From assembly GCA_903850915.1 (NCBI GenBank), contig CAINMV010000024.1:87577-151576 (forward strand): 64,000 bases of DNA. The letters are read 5' to 3'. The translations under genes were made by a program, and so were the position numbers. Shown one piece after another: positions 20,818-30,393 of the stretch (position 1 is the first letter of the stretch; every line of letters starts with the position of its first letter). Below the pieces are notes generated by a model. That model saw only the letters and a program-made list of their open reading frames with translations, did no database searches and was not told the DNA's origin. The stretch is from an uncultured Bacteroidota bacterium. GTDB lineage: Bacteria > Bacteroidota > Bacteroidia > UKL13-3.

Positions 20818-21918
20818 ATGTCTGACACTCAAGCATTACAAAACACCTCCCTTACCGCTTTGCACACCAAATTAGGTGCCAAAATGGTGCCTTTCGCAGG
20901 ATATAATATGCCTGTTCTTTATACCAACTTAATCGAAGAACATAACGCCGTTCGAAATAGTGTCGGGATGTTTGATGTAAGTCACATGGGTGAATTTTAT
21001 ATCAAAGGTGACCGTGCGCTCGACTTATTACAACATGTTACAAGTAATGATGTTAGCAAGCTTTTTGATGGTAAAGTGCAATACAGCTGCTTGCCCAACA
21101 ACGAAGGTGGTATAGTTGATGATCTTTTGGTGTATCGAATGAATGCCAATGAATACTACCTGGTAGTAAATGCAAGCAATATCGAAAAAGATTGGAATTG
21201 GATTAGCCAACAAAATGAAAAATTTGGTTGCGAGATGAAGAATCTTAGCAGTGAATATAGTTTACTTGCCGTACAGGGTCCAAATGCAATAAAGGTATTG
21301 CAAAAGCTAACTTCCGAAAGTTTAGAAATGGAATACTACACCTGGAAAACAGGAACAATGGCAGGCATTAACGATGTAATCATTTCATGTACTGGCTATA
21401 CTGGTGCTGGGGGCTATGAAATTTATATTTTAAACAAAGATGCTGAACACTTTTGGAATTCCATTATGGAAGCAGGCGCTGAGTTTGGAATCCTGCCTTG
21501 TGGCTTAGGCGCGCGCGACACGTTGCGCACTGAAATGGGATTCTGCCTATATGGACATGATATAAATGATTCGACCTCTCCTATAGAGGCTGGTTTAGGT
21601 TGGATTACAAAGTTCACCAAGGAGTTTGTGATGAGTGATTATCATAAAAAAATCAAAGAAGAAGGCCCAAAAAAGAAACTATGTGGCTTTGAAATGATTG
21701 ACCGTGGTATCCCACGTCAACACTACGAAATTCAAGATGCTGATGGAAACCGCATTGGCGAGGTTACTAGTGGAACGCAGTCGCCCACTTTAAGCAAAGC
21801 CATTGGAATGGGATATGTAAAACCTGAATTTGCCAAAGAGGGTAGCGAATTGTTTATTGCTATTCGGGACAAAAAACTTAAAGCCTGCGTTGTTAAAATG
21901 CCTTTTTTTAAAAAGTAA
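20818..21918 (+). CDS. gcvT: Glycine cleavage system aminomethyltransferase T
   Basis: 366 aa. Contains FAGYNMPVLY, MFDVSHMGEF, GYTGAGGYEIY and LGARDTLR. Confidence 0.9.
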   Translation: MSDTQALQNTSLTALHTKLGAKMVPFAGYNMPVLYTNLIEEHNAVRNSVGMFDVSHMGEFYIKGDRALDLLQHVTSNDVSKLFDGKVQYSCLPNNEGGIVDDLLVYRMNANEYYLVVNASNIEKDWNWISQQNEKFGCEMKNLSSEYSLLAVQGPNAIKVLQKLTSESLEMEYYTWKTGTMAGINDVIISCTGYTGAGGYEIYILNKDAEHFWNSIMEAGAEFGILPCGLGARDTLRTEMGFCLYGHDINDSTSPIEAGLGWITKFTKEFVMSDYHKKIKEEGPKKKLCGFEMIDRGIPRQHYEIQDADGNRIGEVTSGTQSPTLSKAIGMGYVKPEFAKEGSELFIAIRDKKLKACVVKMPFFKK

Positions 21919-21939
21919 TTCAATTAAATTATTAAATCA

Positions 21940-22413
21940 ATGGATATATTTCTTCTCGTCGTTCATAACCTTTTTCGTTGGATAGTGCTTTTGATAGCCG
22001 TCTATGCGCTTTTCAATAACTTTACAGGATGGCGAAAAAATCGCACATTTTCAAAGAAAGATAAAGTATTAAATACCGCTTTTGTCGGCATGCTCGATCT
22101 GCAGCTATTGCTAGGATTAACAATGTATTTCTTCTATAGCAATATCACTAAAATGGCTTTTGAAAACATGGGTGCTGCAATGAAAAACAAGGAATTGCGT
22201 TTTTGGGCTATAGAGCATATCACTGGTATGATGCTTGCATTAATACTAGCACATGTGGGAGGCGCATTATCTAAAAGGGCCAATTCCGATCAAGAAAAAT
22301 TTCGCAAAGCCTTTGTTTACTTTTCAATTGCAATAGTCTTAATATTACTAAGCATGCCTTATTCCTTTAGAGGTGGAGTACGACCTCTAAATCCATTAGA
22401 GCATATACAATAA
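21940..22413 (+). CDS. Conserved 4-TM membrane protein of unknown function
   Basis: 157 aa with four hydrophobic segments and histidines within or near them (VVHNLFRW, IEHITG, LAHVGG). No family assigned. Confidence 0.45.
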   Translation: MDIFLLVVHNLFRWIVLLIAVYALFNNFTGWRKNRTFSKKDKVLNTAFVGMLDLQLLLGLTMYFFYSNITKMAFENMGAAMKNKELRFWAIEHITGMMLALILAHVGGALSKRANSDQEKFRKAFVYFSIAIVLILLSMPYSFRGGVRPLNPLEHIQ

Positions 22414-22463
22414 AATCTTTGTTTGTGTAATCACAGTCAAAGCCAGTTTGGAATAATTTTTAA

Positions 22464-22505
22464 ACCCTCAACCTAAGATATCACATCTGGGTGAGGGTCT
22501 TTTAT
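22464..22505 (+). terminator. Probable terminator between convergent genes
   Basis: ACCCTCAACC / GGGTGAGGGT stem (one mismatch) with a 15-nt loop, followed by CTTTTATTTT. Confidence 0.5.
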
Positions 22506-22506
22506 T

Positions 22507-23466
22507 TTAATGTTCTGTCGTCTTTTCTTCTTTGACGTCACGAGGAGGACTAGCTTTTTTCACATTTTTACTTCGCTGTTCGATATTGTCATTTTTTGTT
22601 TTAATCGTTCCATTATCAAAGAGTTTTTCGCTTAGTGTCCAGTACCCATCTTTAAAAATAAAATAATCGTAACTGCCATCAGGAAAGTAAAGCTCATAAA
22701 TACCCAACGCTTTAGATGTTAGTGGAGCAAGATGGTCAAAAACTATATATTTCTTTTCCGGCTCATAGGTGAGCACCATGTTTTGAACTTCATTACTGTA
22801 TTCAAATACCACTCGATCCATGATATCATTAGCACCCACTTTAAAAATTGGAGCTCCAAAAATCGGCATGCCTTCTTGAAATCGAAGTACATCAATCACT
22901 TTTTTGTTACTTTTTTTATTTGATCCATTCCAACCTAAAAGTGTGTAATAAGTTTCATTCTTAACTTTTACAGGTAGGATTTTATAATATAGTGCGCCCC
23001 ACCAATAATTATTGTCTACTATAGTGTCTTCTGGCTTCTTCATTAATGGTCCCGCGTCGAAAAGCGGAAAAACATTAACACCGTGAGGTTCGTTGCGTTG
23101 AACTACACCGTAAAAACGAAAAGATTCACGTTCATTCCTAAGGTTCCATGTAAATATTCTGAATTTATTATCGGGGGATTTAACAATGGATATCGCTTTC
23201 AAAGAATCGAACGGATAATTAAAAGAACCTGGAATATTTAATGCAATTACAAGGTGACGAATAAAATTATAACATGATGTCCTCCGAGTTGTAAAATCAT
23301 GACCATCAATAATCTCCTCCGACTGCCCCTGCATTTGAATTTCAAGATTCTTTAGAGAGTCGAGATTTTCCGGTGTGATGCCTTTGCCATTTTGCGCAAC
23401 GACACTTTGAGCCGAACAGAATAGAATTAAAATTAGCAACCAAAAGAATCTCTTAAACTTCATCAT
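22507..23466 (-). CDS. Secreted protein of unknown function
   Basis: The ORF track starts at 23586. I prefer ATGATG at 23466, giving MMKFKRFFWLLILILFCSAQSVVAQ, a clean signal peptide. The rest has no motif I recognise, and the C-terminal 35 aa are lysine/glutamate-rich. Confidence 0.6.
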   Translation of the reverse strand: MMKFKRFFWLLILILFCSAQSVVAQNGKGITPENLDSLKNLEIQMQGQSEEIIDGHDFTTRRTSCYNFIRHLVIALNIPGSFNYPFDSLKAISIVKSPDNKFRIFTWNLRNERESFRFYGVVQRNEPHGVNVFPLFDAGPLMKKPEDTIVDNNYWWGALYYKILPVKVKNETYYTLLGWNGSNKKSNKKVIDVLRFQEGMPIFGAPIFKVGANDIMDRVVFEYSNEVQNMVLTYEPEKKYIVFDHLAPLTSKALGIYELYFPDGSYDYFIFKDGYWTLSEKLFDNGTIKTKNDNIEQRSKNVKKASPPRDVKEEKTTEH

Positions 23467-23518
23467 AAAAAGTAATAAATTAACGATGCAAAGAAAGGTA
23501 ATGGTATATGAACCTGTG

Positions 23519-23749
23519 TTAATTTTTGTTGCCCGTATCCTTAAATACCGGATAAAGTGCTCCAAACAATCCAATAAATACTCCACTTAAGATGCCAATT
23601 GGAAACTTCCAATGCGTCCAATTATCAAATTGTCGACCTAAAAAAACAGATAATAATATAGTTGCAAGCATTTTTACGGCTAACCCCGAATACCTCGTGT
23701 AATCGTTAATCGCCACCTTCTTAGGCTTTTGCGGGCTCTTTGGTTCCAT
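23519..23749 (-). CDS. AtpZ/AtpI-family small membrane protein
   Basis: 76 aa with two TM helices. The YTRYSGLAVKMLATILLSVFLGRQFD layout is like ATPase_gene1 proteins. Its start overlaps the bactofilin stop by 29 nt. Confidence 0.55.
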   Translation of the reverse strand: MEPKSPQKPKKVAINDYTRYSGLAVKMLATILLSVFLGRQFDNWTHWKFPIGILSGVFIGLFGALYPVFKDTGNKN

Positions 23750-24134
23750 TTTGTTTTTCTGCTTGTTTGCCCAATGCTGTATTCATTTTGCATGACCCAT
23801 TAAATTCGGCACCACTCTCTACAATAAGTTTACCAACAACCAAATCGCCAACAATTTTAGCTGTACTTTTAAGAAACAAAGACTCAGTAACCACCACATT
23901 TCCTATTACATTACCAGAAATAACGGCATCATTGGCGACTATATTACCTTTCACATCGCCACTATCACCAATTACAATTCGAGATTTGCAATCAAGCGAA
24001 CCCTTCACTTGACCTTCGATACGCATATCTCCATGCGATTTAATGTCGCCAGTTATTTCGGTACCTTTCGAAATAATGTTAATCGAAATTGAATTCGGAT
24101 CGGTAAGCGCCGGCTTTTTATTCGGGTTGAACAT
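23721..24134 (-). CDS. Bactofilin (polymer-forming cytoskeletal protein)
   Basis: The internal ATG at 24134 is preferred (MFNPNKKPA...). The repetitive beta-helix pattern ITGDIKSHGDMRIEGQVKGSL...VIGDSGDVKGNIVANDAVISGNVIGNV is diagnostic of the bactofilin/DUF583 domain. Confidence 0.8.
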   Translation of the reverse strand: MFNPNKKPALTDPNSISINIISKGTEITGDIKSHGDMRIEGQVKGSLDCKSRIVIGDSGDVKGNIVANDAVISGNVIGNVVVTESLFLKSTAKIVGDLVVGKLIVESGAEFNGSCKMNTALGKQAEKQNGTKEPAKA

Positions 24135-24181
24135 AGAAATTGATTTAATTAATTCAAATATCGTAATAAATATCACAATTT

Positions 24182-24189
24182 CAAATTTA
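24182..24189 (-). promoter_or_regulatory. Candidate -7 box (TAAATTTG) for the bactofilin operon
   Basis: Exact TAnnTTTG on the minus strand, 47 nt upstream of the ATG at 24134. Confidence 0.35.
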
Positions 24190-24428
24190 AATTACATACG
24201 GAACGAACTTACCGAATTAATAACTATTTAAATTTAAATCGCTTAAATTTAATCTTGCTTAAATATGATTTAATTAATTGTACCCCAATAAAACATAATT
24301 ATAAATAAGTAACATACAATTCAAATAGCAAAAAAACAAGTCCACTAAAACCACTTTTTAATTATTTATTCAACAAAATTTTGTGCCTATTTTTTTACAA
24401 AAAAATAACACGGCATCTAAAAATAAAT

Positions 24429-24436
24429 TATTTTTG
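24429..24436 (+). promoter_or_regulatory. Candidate -7 box (TATTTTTG) 4 nt upstream of the small acidic ORF
   Basis: Exact TAnnTTTG followed by TTTT then ATG at 24441. Confidence 0.4.
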
Positions 24437-24440
24437 TTTT

Positions 24441-24665
24441 ATGAAAAAAGATGCAACAAACACTCCTTCTAGCAAGCAGGGAAATATTAAAGGTCAGACC
24501 TCTCCTAAGGTAATTTCAAAGGAGGAAAATAAAGATTCTTTTAAAGGTGATGATCATTATACTGTGGAAAATGAAGAGGATGATTTTATCGAGCCAAAGG
24601 GTCCCAAAAAAGAAGACATGAAAAAAAATATTCTTTTTCTAGATGATGATGATGATGAATATTAA
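24441..24665 (+). CDS. Small (74-aa) highly charged, probably disordered protein ending in LDDDDDEY
   Basis: I use the internal ATG of the 94-aa track ORF. There is no hydrophobic core, the sequence is rich in K/E/D, and a promoter box lies immediately upstream. Coding status is not proven. Confidence 0.4.
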   Translation: MKKDATNTPSSKQGNIKGQTSPKVISKEENKDSFKGDDHYTVENEEDDFIEPKGPKKEDMKKNILFLDDDDDEY

Positions 24666-25020
24666 ACTTCAAATCAACCTGTATTTCTTTTTTCATACAA
24701 ATATTTAAAATCCAATTGGCCTCATTTCTAGCTTTTTTGTATGCATATAGAAGTTAATTTTATTAACAAATAAGGCTGTGGTGCCTTTTATTTGAGACAC
24801 CACCCTATTGCAATATTTTAACATTATTAGCAACAGAATTATAATGTTAATCGCTGATTTAATAGTAGTTATACTCCAACTATAGTTTAGCAAACCGCAT
24901 TTAGAGAAGTCATTTTGGCTGCATCACAAATTATCAACGTAAATAGGACTCGAAATAACAATTATTTGCACTGTTGAATTCGTAACCGCGTGTTTATATG
25001 CGTAAATTCGTAAGATAAGA

Positions 25021-26241
25021 ATGCAAAAAAAATATTTCCTACCTCTCTTTATTCTAATTGGTTTTTTAGCTTCCGCACTTTTTATTAGAAGTAAGAACAC
25101 CGACAAGGTTAGATACCAGCAAGAATTTACCGATAAATATCGCATTTATGCAGTAACTGTTCCTACACATTTAAATTTTTGTGGTGAAAAAGTACCCACC
25201 AGCGACTTTGAAGTTTTTGAACGTTTTGATAGAGAGCTAACGATAAACACATACTATCAATCTTCGACTATTTTAAATATCAAAAGAGGTAGCAGGTACT
25301 TCCCAATTATTGAGCCTATCCTACGACGTAATGGCATACCAGACGACTTCAAATATGTTTGTATGATAGAAAGTGGCCTAACCAATGTTATTTCACCAAG
25401 CAATGCGGTTGGTTTTTGGCAGTTTATTGACGAAACAGGCAAGCGTTTTGGATTAGAAATTAATGATGAGGTTGACGAACGTTACGATATTGTAAAAAGC
25501 ACGGAAGCCGCTTGTGCCTATTTCAAACAAGCATACACGCAATTTAATAGCTGGACACTTGCCGCAGCCTCTTACAACCTTGGTATTAATGGCATACAAA
25601 ACGCATTGAATAAACAAGGAACTAATAATTTCTACGATTTATATCTCAATACAGAGACATCACGCTATATCATGCGCATAATTGCTATTAAAGAAATTTA
25701 CGAACATCCGAAAATTTACGGCTATTATATTCCGCTGTTTCTTCGATATCCACCTGTACCCGTTTACTCAGAGGAGATTTCAGCACCAATTCCTAATTTA
25801 ATAGATTTCGCAAAAGCACATCAGATCACCTACAAAATTTTCAAAACACTAAACCCTTGGTTGCGAAAAACAGAACTAAGAAACAAAGAGTCGAAAGCTT
25901 ATACAGTGTATTTCCCAAAAGAAGGATCGGAACATCTCGTTAGTGATTTCTATGGCTATGACGAACAGCCCGACAGCGTGGCAACACCTCTGATAGTGCC
26001 TGTTGATTCTCTTTCTACCGTTGCCTCCATTCAGGATTCGCTGGTGTATGTTGAAATCAACCATTTGGTAGAAAAGAAAGAAGATCTAAATTCTATTGCC
26101 AAATTATATCATACAACGGTGCCTAAAATAATGATTTGGAATAGCCTCGAATTAACAACATTAAAAAAGGATCAAACCCTAAGAATTTTAGTTCGTAAAG
26201 ATCTCTTGGGAAGCGTTAAAATTCAGGAGAGTAAAAAATAA
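25021..26241 (+). CDS. Membrane-bound lytic transglycosylase (SLT domain) with C-terminal LysM
   Basis: 406 aa. N-terminal anchor, an SLT catalytic region (CMIESGL...AVGFWQF...AASYNLG), and a C-terminal LysM-like segment (HLVEKKEDLNSIAKLYHTTVPKIMIWNSL). Confidence 0.75.
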   Translation: MQKKYFLPLFILIGFLASALFIRSKNTDKVRYQQEFTDKYRIYAVTVPTHLNFCGEKVPTSDFEVFERFDRELTINTYYQSSTILNIKRGSRYFPIIEPILRRNGIPDDFKYVCMIESGLTNVISPSNAVGFWQFIDETGKRFGLEINDEVDERYDIVKSTEAACAYFKQAYTQFNSWTLAAASYNLGINGIQNALNKQGTNNFYDLYLNTETSRYIMRIIAIKEIYEHPKIYGYYIPLFLRYPPVPVYSEEISAPIPNLIDFAKAHQITYKIFKTLNPWLRKTELRNKESKAYTVYFPKEGSEHLVSDFYGYDEQPDSVATPLIVPVDSLSTVASIQDSLVYVEINHLVEKKEDLNSIAKLYHTTVPKIMIWNSLELTTLKKDQTLRILVRKDLLGSVKIQESKK

Positions 26242-26317
26242 TGTTGAATTCTTTAATTAAAAGTTTTAGTATAGTTAGTCCGTTTACTCGGATTTCTGCA
26301 TTCCGTGGCATTTTCCT

Positions 26318-26325
26318 TACATTTG
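26318..26325 (+). promoter_or_regulatory. Candidate -7 box (TACATTTG) for the aminotransferase gene
   Basis: Exact TAnnTTTG 25 nt upstream of the ATG at 26351. Confidence 0.45.
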
Positions 26326-26350
26326 CTGTCTTTCAATATGATTTCGAGTA

Positions 26351-27544
26351 ATGGATAAACCTGCCAAACGAATAGAGGTACTAGAAGAATCGCAAACCAT
26401 TGCCATGGCTAAAGCCTCAAGGCAATTAAAATCGCAAGGTTATGATGTGGTGAATCTGAGTTTCGGAGAACCCGATTTCAAAACACCAGAACATATTCGC
26501 GAAGCTGCTAAGAATTTTATTGATCAAGGATATGTTTATTACACCCCTGTAGCTGGAATTCCTGAATTGCGTCAAGCCATTTGTGAAAAGTTTAAAAGAG
26601 AAAACAACCTCGATTTCAAACCCGAACAAATTATTGTTTCTACTGGAGCCAAACATTCATTAATGAATTTAATACTAACTTTGGTTGAAGTTGGCGATGA
26701 AGTAATAATCCCTACACCATATTGGGTAAGCTACAGCGAGATGGTAAAGCTTTCGGAAGGAACATGCGTTTATGTGCCTGGGAAAGAAGAGAACAATTTT
26801 AAAATCACCCCCGAACAGCTCGAAGCGTCGATAACAGAAAAGTCGAGAGTATTCTTATTTTCTTCGCCATGCAACCCAACAGGAAGCGTTTACACTCATG
26901 ATGAATTGCATGGCTTAGCGAAGGTGTTAGAGAAATACCCACGCATTTATGTAGTTGCCGATGAAATTTATGAGCATATAAATTACGTTGCAAAACATGA
27001 AACGATGGCTCAGTTCCCTGAACTGAAAAATCGTGTGGTTGTTGTAAATGGCGTATCAAAAGCCTTTGCCATGACCGGCTGGCGATTGGGCTATATTGGA
27101 GCACCGGAATGGATTGCAGCCGCCTGTGATAAACTTCAAAGTCAGTTTACTAGCGGCACAAGTGCGGTAAGTCAGCATGCCGCAATAGCAGCTTTAAATA
27201 GCCCTATGGAGGCAACCAAAAAAATGCGAGAAATCTTTACAATGCGCCGTGATCATATTTTTGAGCGCATTCAAAAGATAAAAGGATTTAAAACCATTTC
27301 TCCTGATGGTGCATTTTATTTATTTCCTAATGTTTCATATTATTTTGGCAAAAAAGCAGGTGAAAAAATTATTACCAACAGCGACGACCTTTGCCAATAC
27401 CTTCTTTTCGAGGCCCATGTAGCTATTGTTCCGGGAAGTGCTTTTGGCGCAGAAGGATATGTTCGAATTAGCTATGCCGCAAGCGAAGAAGATTTGCAAA
27501 AGGCTATGGATCGCATCGAGGAAGCGCTTAATAAATTACAATAA
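26351..27544 (+). CDS. Class I PLP-dependent aminotransferase (aspartate aminotransferase-like)
   Basis: 397 aa. Contains NLSFGEPDF, SSPCNPTG, and SKAFAMTGWRLGY carrying the PLP lysine. Confidence 0.85.
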   Translation: MDKPAKRIEVLEESQTIAMAKASRQLKSQGYDVVNLSFGEPDFKTPEHIREAAKNFIDQGYVYYTPVAGIPELRQAICEKFKRENNLDFKPEQIIVSTGAKHSLMNLILTLVEVGDEVIIPTPYWVSYSEMVKLSEGTCVYVPGKEENNFKITPEQLEASITEKSRVFLFSSPCNPTGSVYTHDELHGLAKVLEKYPRIYVVADEIYEHINYVAKHETMAQFPELKNRVVVVNGVSKAFAMTGWRLGYIGAPEWIAAACDKLQSQFTSGTSAVSQHAAIAALNSPMEATKKMREIFTMRRDHIFERIQKIKGFKTISPDGAFYLFPNVSYYFGKKAGEKIITNSDDLCQYLLFEAHVAIVPGSAFGAEGYVRISYAASEEDLQKAMDRIEEALNKLQ

Positions 27545-27553
27545 ATTCCATTC

Positions 27554-28531
27554 ATGTCATTTTTCAGCCCCGACAAAATAAACAGTCAAAAAATAATCAT
27601 CGTTGGTGATGTCATGTTGGATGCCTACGTTTTTGGCAAGGTGGAGCGAATTTCACCAGAGGCTCCTGTGCCTGTGGTGGCCGAGCAATCTCGCTCCTAC
27701 CGATTAGGAGGAGCTGCCAATGTGGCCTTAAATCTAAAGGCTATGGGTGCTACACCACTTCTATTTGGGGTGATTGGCAGCGATGACGAAAGTTTACTAT
27801 TAAAAAGAGAGTTGGAGCGAAACAGCATATCATCTTCGTTTTTATTTTCAGAAAAAAAACGACCAACCACTGTAAAGACAAGAATTATTGGCAACAACCA
27901 TCAGCTCTTACGTGTGGATAGAGAAGTGACAAATAAAATAGAGAGTGCCACAGAAAACGAATTATTCAATCTACTTGCGTTAGAAATAGCCAACGCCAAC
28001 GCACTGATTTTTGAGGATTACGAAAAGGGGTTACTACATGAAGACTTTATTCAACGGGTCATCGATTTGTGTTTGAAGAATCAAGTTCCTGTAGTTGTAG
28101 ATCCTAAGGAAATGAATTTTATGGCATATCGCAATGCCACCTTATTTAAACCCAACCTCAAAGAAATAAAAGGCGGACTAAAACTTCATGTATTAGAGAC
28201 CATTGCGGAAATTGAGGAGGCTGCGAAAAAATTAATTAGGCAAATGAACCTCACATATATAATGGTGACCTTGAGTGAGCGTGGCGTGCTTATTTGCAGT
28301 GCAACGGAAACATTTCATATTCCTGCACACGTTCGCAAAATTGCAGATGTTTCTGGCGCTGGCGATACGGTAGTGAGTGTGGCGGCCTTGTGTTTAGCGC
28401 AAAAAATCGATTTGCGGTCTATAGCAGAACTAAGTAATCTAGCTGGCGGCCTTGTTTGTGAGGAAGTTGGAGTTGTCCCTATCAGTAAAATTATTTTTTT
28501 AGAAGAAGCAAAAAAACTAGCTTTACTCTAG
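27554..28531 (+). CDS. rfaE: PfkB-family sugar kinase, D-glycero-beta-D-manno-heptose-7-phosphate kinase-like (RfaE/HldE domain I)
   Basis: 325 aa. Contains VGDVMLDAY...RISPEAPVPVV...RLGGAANVA and the C-terminal GAGDT motif. Confidence 0.7.
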   Translation: MSFFSPDKINSQKIIIVGDVMLDAYVFGKVERISPEAPVPVVAEQSRSYRLGGAANVALNLKAMGATPLLFGVIGSDDESLLLKRELERNSISSSFLFSEKKRPTTVKTRIIGNNHQLLRVDREVTNKIESATENELFNLLALEIANANALIFEDYEKGLLHEDFIQRVIDLCLKNQVPVVVDPKEMNFMAYRNATLFKPNLKEIKGGLKLHVLETIAEIEEAAKKLIRQMNLTYIMVTLSERGVLICSATETFHIPAHVRKIADVSGAGDTVVSVAALCLAQKIDLRSIAELSNLAGGLVCEEVGVVPISKIIFLEEAKKLALL

Positions 28532-29881
28532 CTTTGGCTTGTGATTAATCTTCACACGAGCATAAAAATACAGTGCAACCAAGAAGCAAATAGAATATAT
28601 CAGAATAGCATTTCTTAAGCTCCCTGTAAGGCTAATAATTAATCCTGTACTTAAAGTACCTATCGTGATTGCCGCCTTTTCGGTGACATCCAAAAAACTA
28701 TAATACGACGACAACTCATCTTCCTGAATTGGAATGAGTTTTGAAAATGTACTTCTATTTAGTGATTGCAGCGCACCCATTACTAATCCTACACAAGCAG
28801 CGACAATAAAAAAGGGTGTTTTTTGCTCTACTAAATAGGCGCAGATACATACTCCTATCCAAATAATTACTGTCAAGCAGATAGCTTTAATGTTCCCAAT
28901 GACATTGCTAAGTTTTGAGAATAAGATAGCGCCTATAGTTCCGACAAACTGCAATAACAAAACCATTATTATCGTTTCACTGTCTTCGAGATGGATGACA
29001 TCTTTAGCAAACAACGTAGCGATATACATGATAGTTTGCAAGGCCATTGCACAAAAAAAGAAACCCATTAAAAAGCGTCTAGCATTGGGCAAATGTTGAA
29101 TACTATTGAAAGCGATTTTTAATTTTCCTAAACCTGCTTTAAAGTAATTGGCTCCTTCATCTTGTCCTTTAGGCTCAATAGGCAGCGCATTAAAAGTTAG
29201 CTGTGCAAAACCGACCCACCATAAGGCTACCATAGCAAAAGAGATTTGACATGCTAGTGCTTTAGGATTTTCAAAATGATCAAGACCAAACCAATCCGGC
29301 TTACTAATCATCATTAAGTTAACAATCAACAGGATTACACTTCCAAGATAACCAAAAGCATAGCCACGGGCACTCACCCGATCGTAGTTTTCCTCAGTTG
29401 TAATTAATGGAAGAAACGAATTATAATAAATTATGCTGCCATTAAAACCTATCATTCCGACAATAATTCCAACGATACCAACCCAATAATAGTTGCTATC
29501 AAAAAACATTAACGCAAAACTCGCAATAGCTCCAATATAACAGAAAATCTTCATCATCCTCTTTTTTAGGCCTTCGGCGTCCGCGATACCTGATAAGAGT
29601 GGGCTCAACACCATCATAACTAAAAATGCGAGCGCCAATGCATAACTATATAATGCGTTACTTTCCACATTAATGCCAAAGATGTTTACATAAGCCACCT
29701 TCGCATCTTTGGCTACGCCAGCAACTTTATGTGATACGTTGGTGAAGAAAGTTGGAAATATAGCAGAGGTAATTACAAGAGCAAAAGCAGAGTTCGCCCA
29801 GTCGTACATTGCCCATCGATTAATTAATTTCTTACTGTTAAACGGAATTTTATAAATCATAGAGAAGTGCTTTACAGGCAA
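28523..29881 (-). CDS. MFS transporter, UMF1 (Atg22-like) family
   Basis: 452 aa with about 12 TM segments and the WAMYDWANSAF N-terminal signature. Confidence 0.7.
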   Translation of the reverse strand: MPVKHFSMIYKIPFNSKKLINRWAMYDWANSAFALVITSAIFPTFFTNVSHKVAGVAKDAKVAYVNIFGINVESNALYSYALALAFLVMMVLSPLLSGIADAEGLKKRMMKIFCYIGAIASFALMFFDSNYYWVGIVGIIVGMIGFNGSIIYYNSFLPLITTEENYDRVSARGYAFGYLGSVILLIVNLMMISKPDWFGLDHFENPKALACQISFAMVALWWVGFAQLTFNALPIEPKGQDEGANYFKAGLGKLKIAFNSIQHLPNARRFLMGFFFCAMALQTIMYIATLFAKDVIHLEDSETIIMVLLLQFVGTIGAILFSKLSNVIGNIKAICLTVIIWIGVCICAYLVEQKTPFFIVAACVGLVMGALQSLNRSTFSKLIPIQEDELSSYYSFLDVTEKAAITIGTLSTGLIISLTGSLRNAILIYSICFLVALYFYARVKINHKPKLE

Positions 29882-29922
29882 ATAAAAGAAAAAATGTGAT
29901 ACGATAAATAAACTTTTGGAGA

Positions 29923-30357
29923 TTACAACTCTGTTCGGCTGATGGCCCGCTTTGCATCTTTCGTTTTTAAGTCGTCGCGTTTATCGTAGAGTTTTTTACC
30001 TTTTGCCAAGGCGATTTCGATCTTTGCAAGCCCCTTTTCGCTAAAGAATATTTTGGTGGGGACAATCGTGTAGCCCTTTTCCTTTGTTTTGGTTAACAGT
30101 TTTTTAAGTTCTGTACGTTTAAGCAACAGCTTTCTGTCGCGCACAGGGGTATGGTTATTTATTGTGGCAAACTTCCATTCACTTATATGCACATTACGTA
30201 AGAAAAGCTCATCGTTTGAGAATGAGCAAAAGCCATCGGTAATGTTTGCCTTGCCGGCACGAATCGATTTAATCTCACTACCTGTGAGGACAATCCCTGC
30301 CGAAAATTTTTCGGTGAGAAAATACTCAAATCCGGCTCTTCTATTTTCTATGATCAC
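29923..30357 (-). CDS. smpB: SsrA-binding protein SmpB
   Basis: 144 aa. Contains NRRAGFEY, GSEIKSIR, and RDRKLLL with a basic tail. Confidence 0.9.
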   Translation of the reverse strand: MIIENRRAGFEYFLTEKFSAGIVLTGSEIKSIRAGKANITDGFCSFSNDELFLRNVHISEWKFATINNHTPVRDRKLLLKRTELKKLLTKTKEKGYTIVPTKIFFSEKGLAKIEIALAKGKKLYDKRDDLKTKDAKRAISRTEL

Positions 30358-30393
30358 AATGGAGAATGATTAACTTTTTTCAAGATTTAATTA

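Noticed and set aside
24705-25145. Track ORFs of 62 and 73 aa in the intergenic region before the lytic transglycosylase gene.
   Set aside because: The translations are hydrophobic and low-complexity in AT-rich DNA. The second one overlaps the real start of the transglycosylase gene, and neither has a promoter box or supporting features.
28523-28531. 9-nt overlap of the convergent 3' ends of the rfaE-like kinase and the MFS transporter.
   Set aside because: Short convergent stop-codon overlaps are common in compact genomes, and no structure or additional signal is present.
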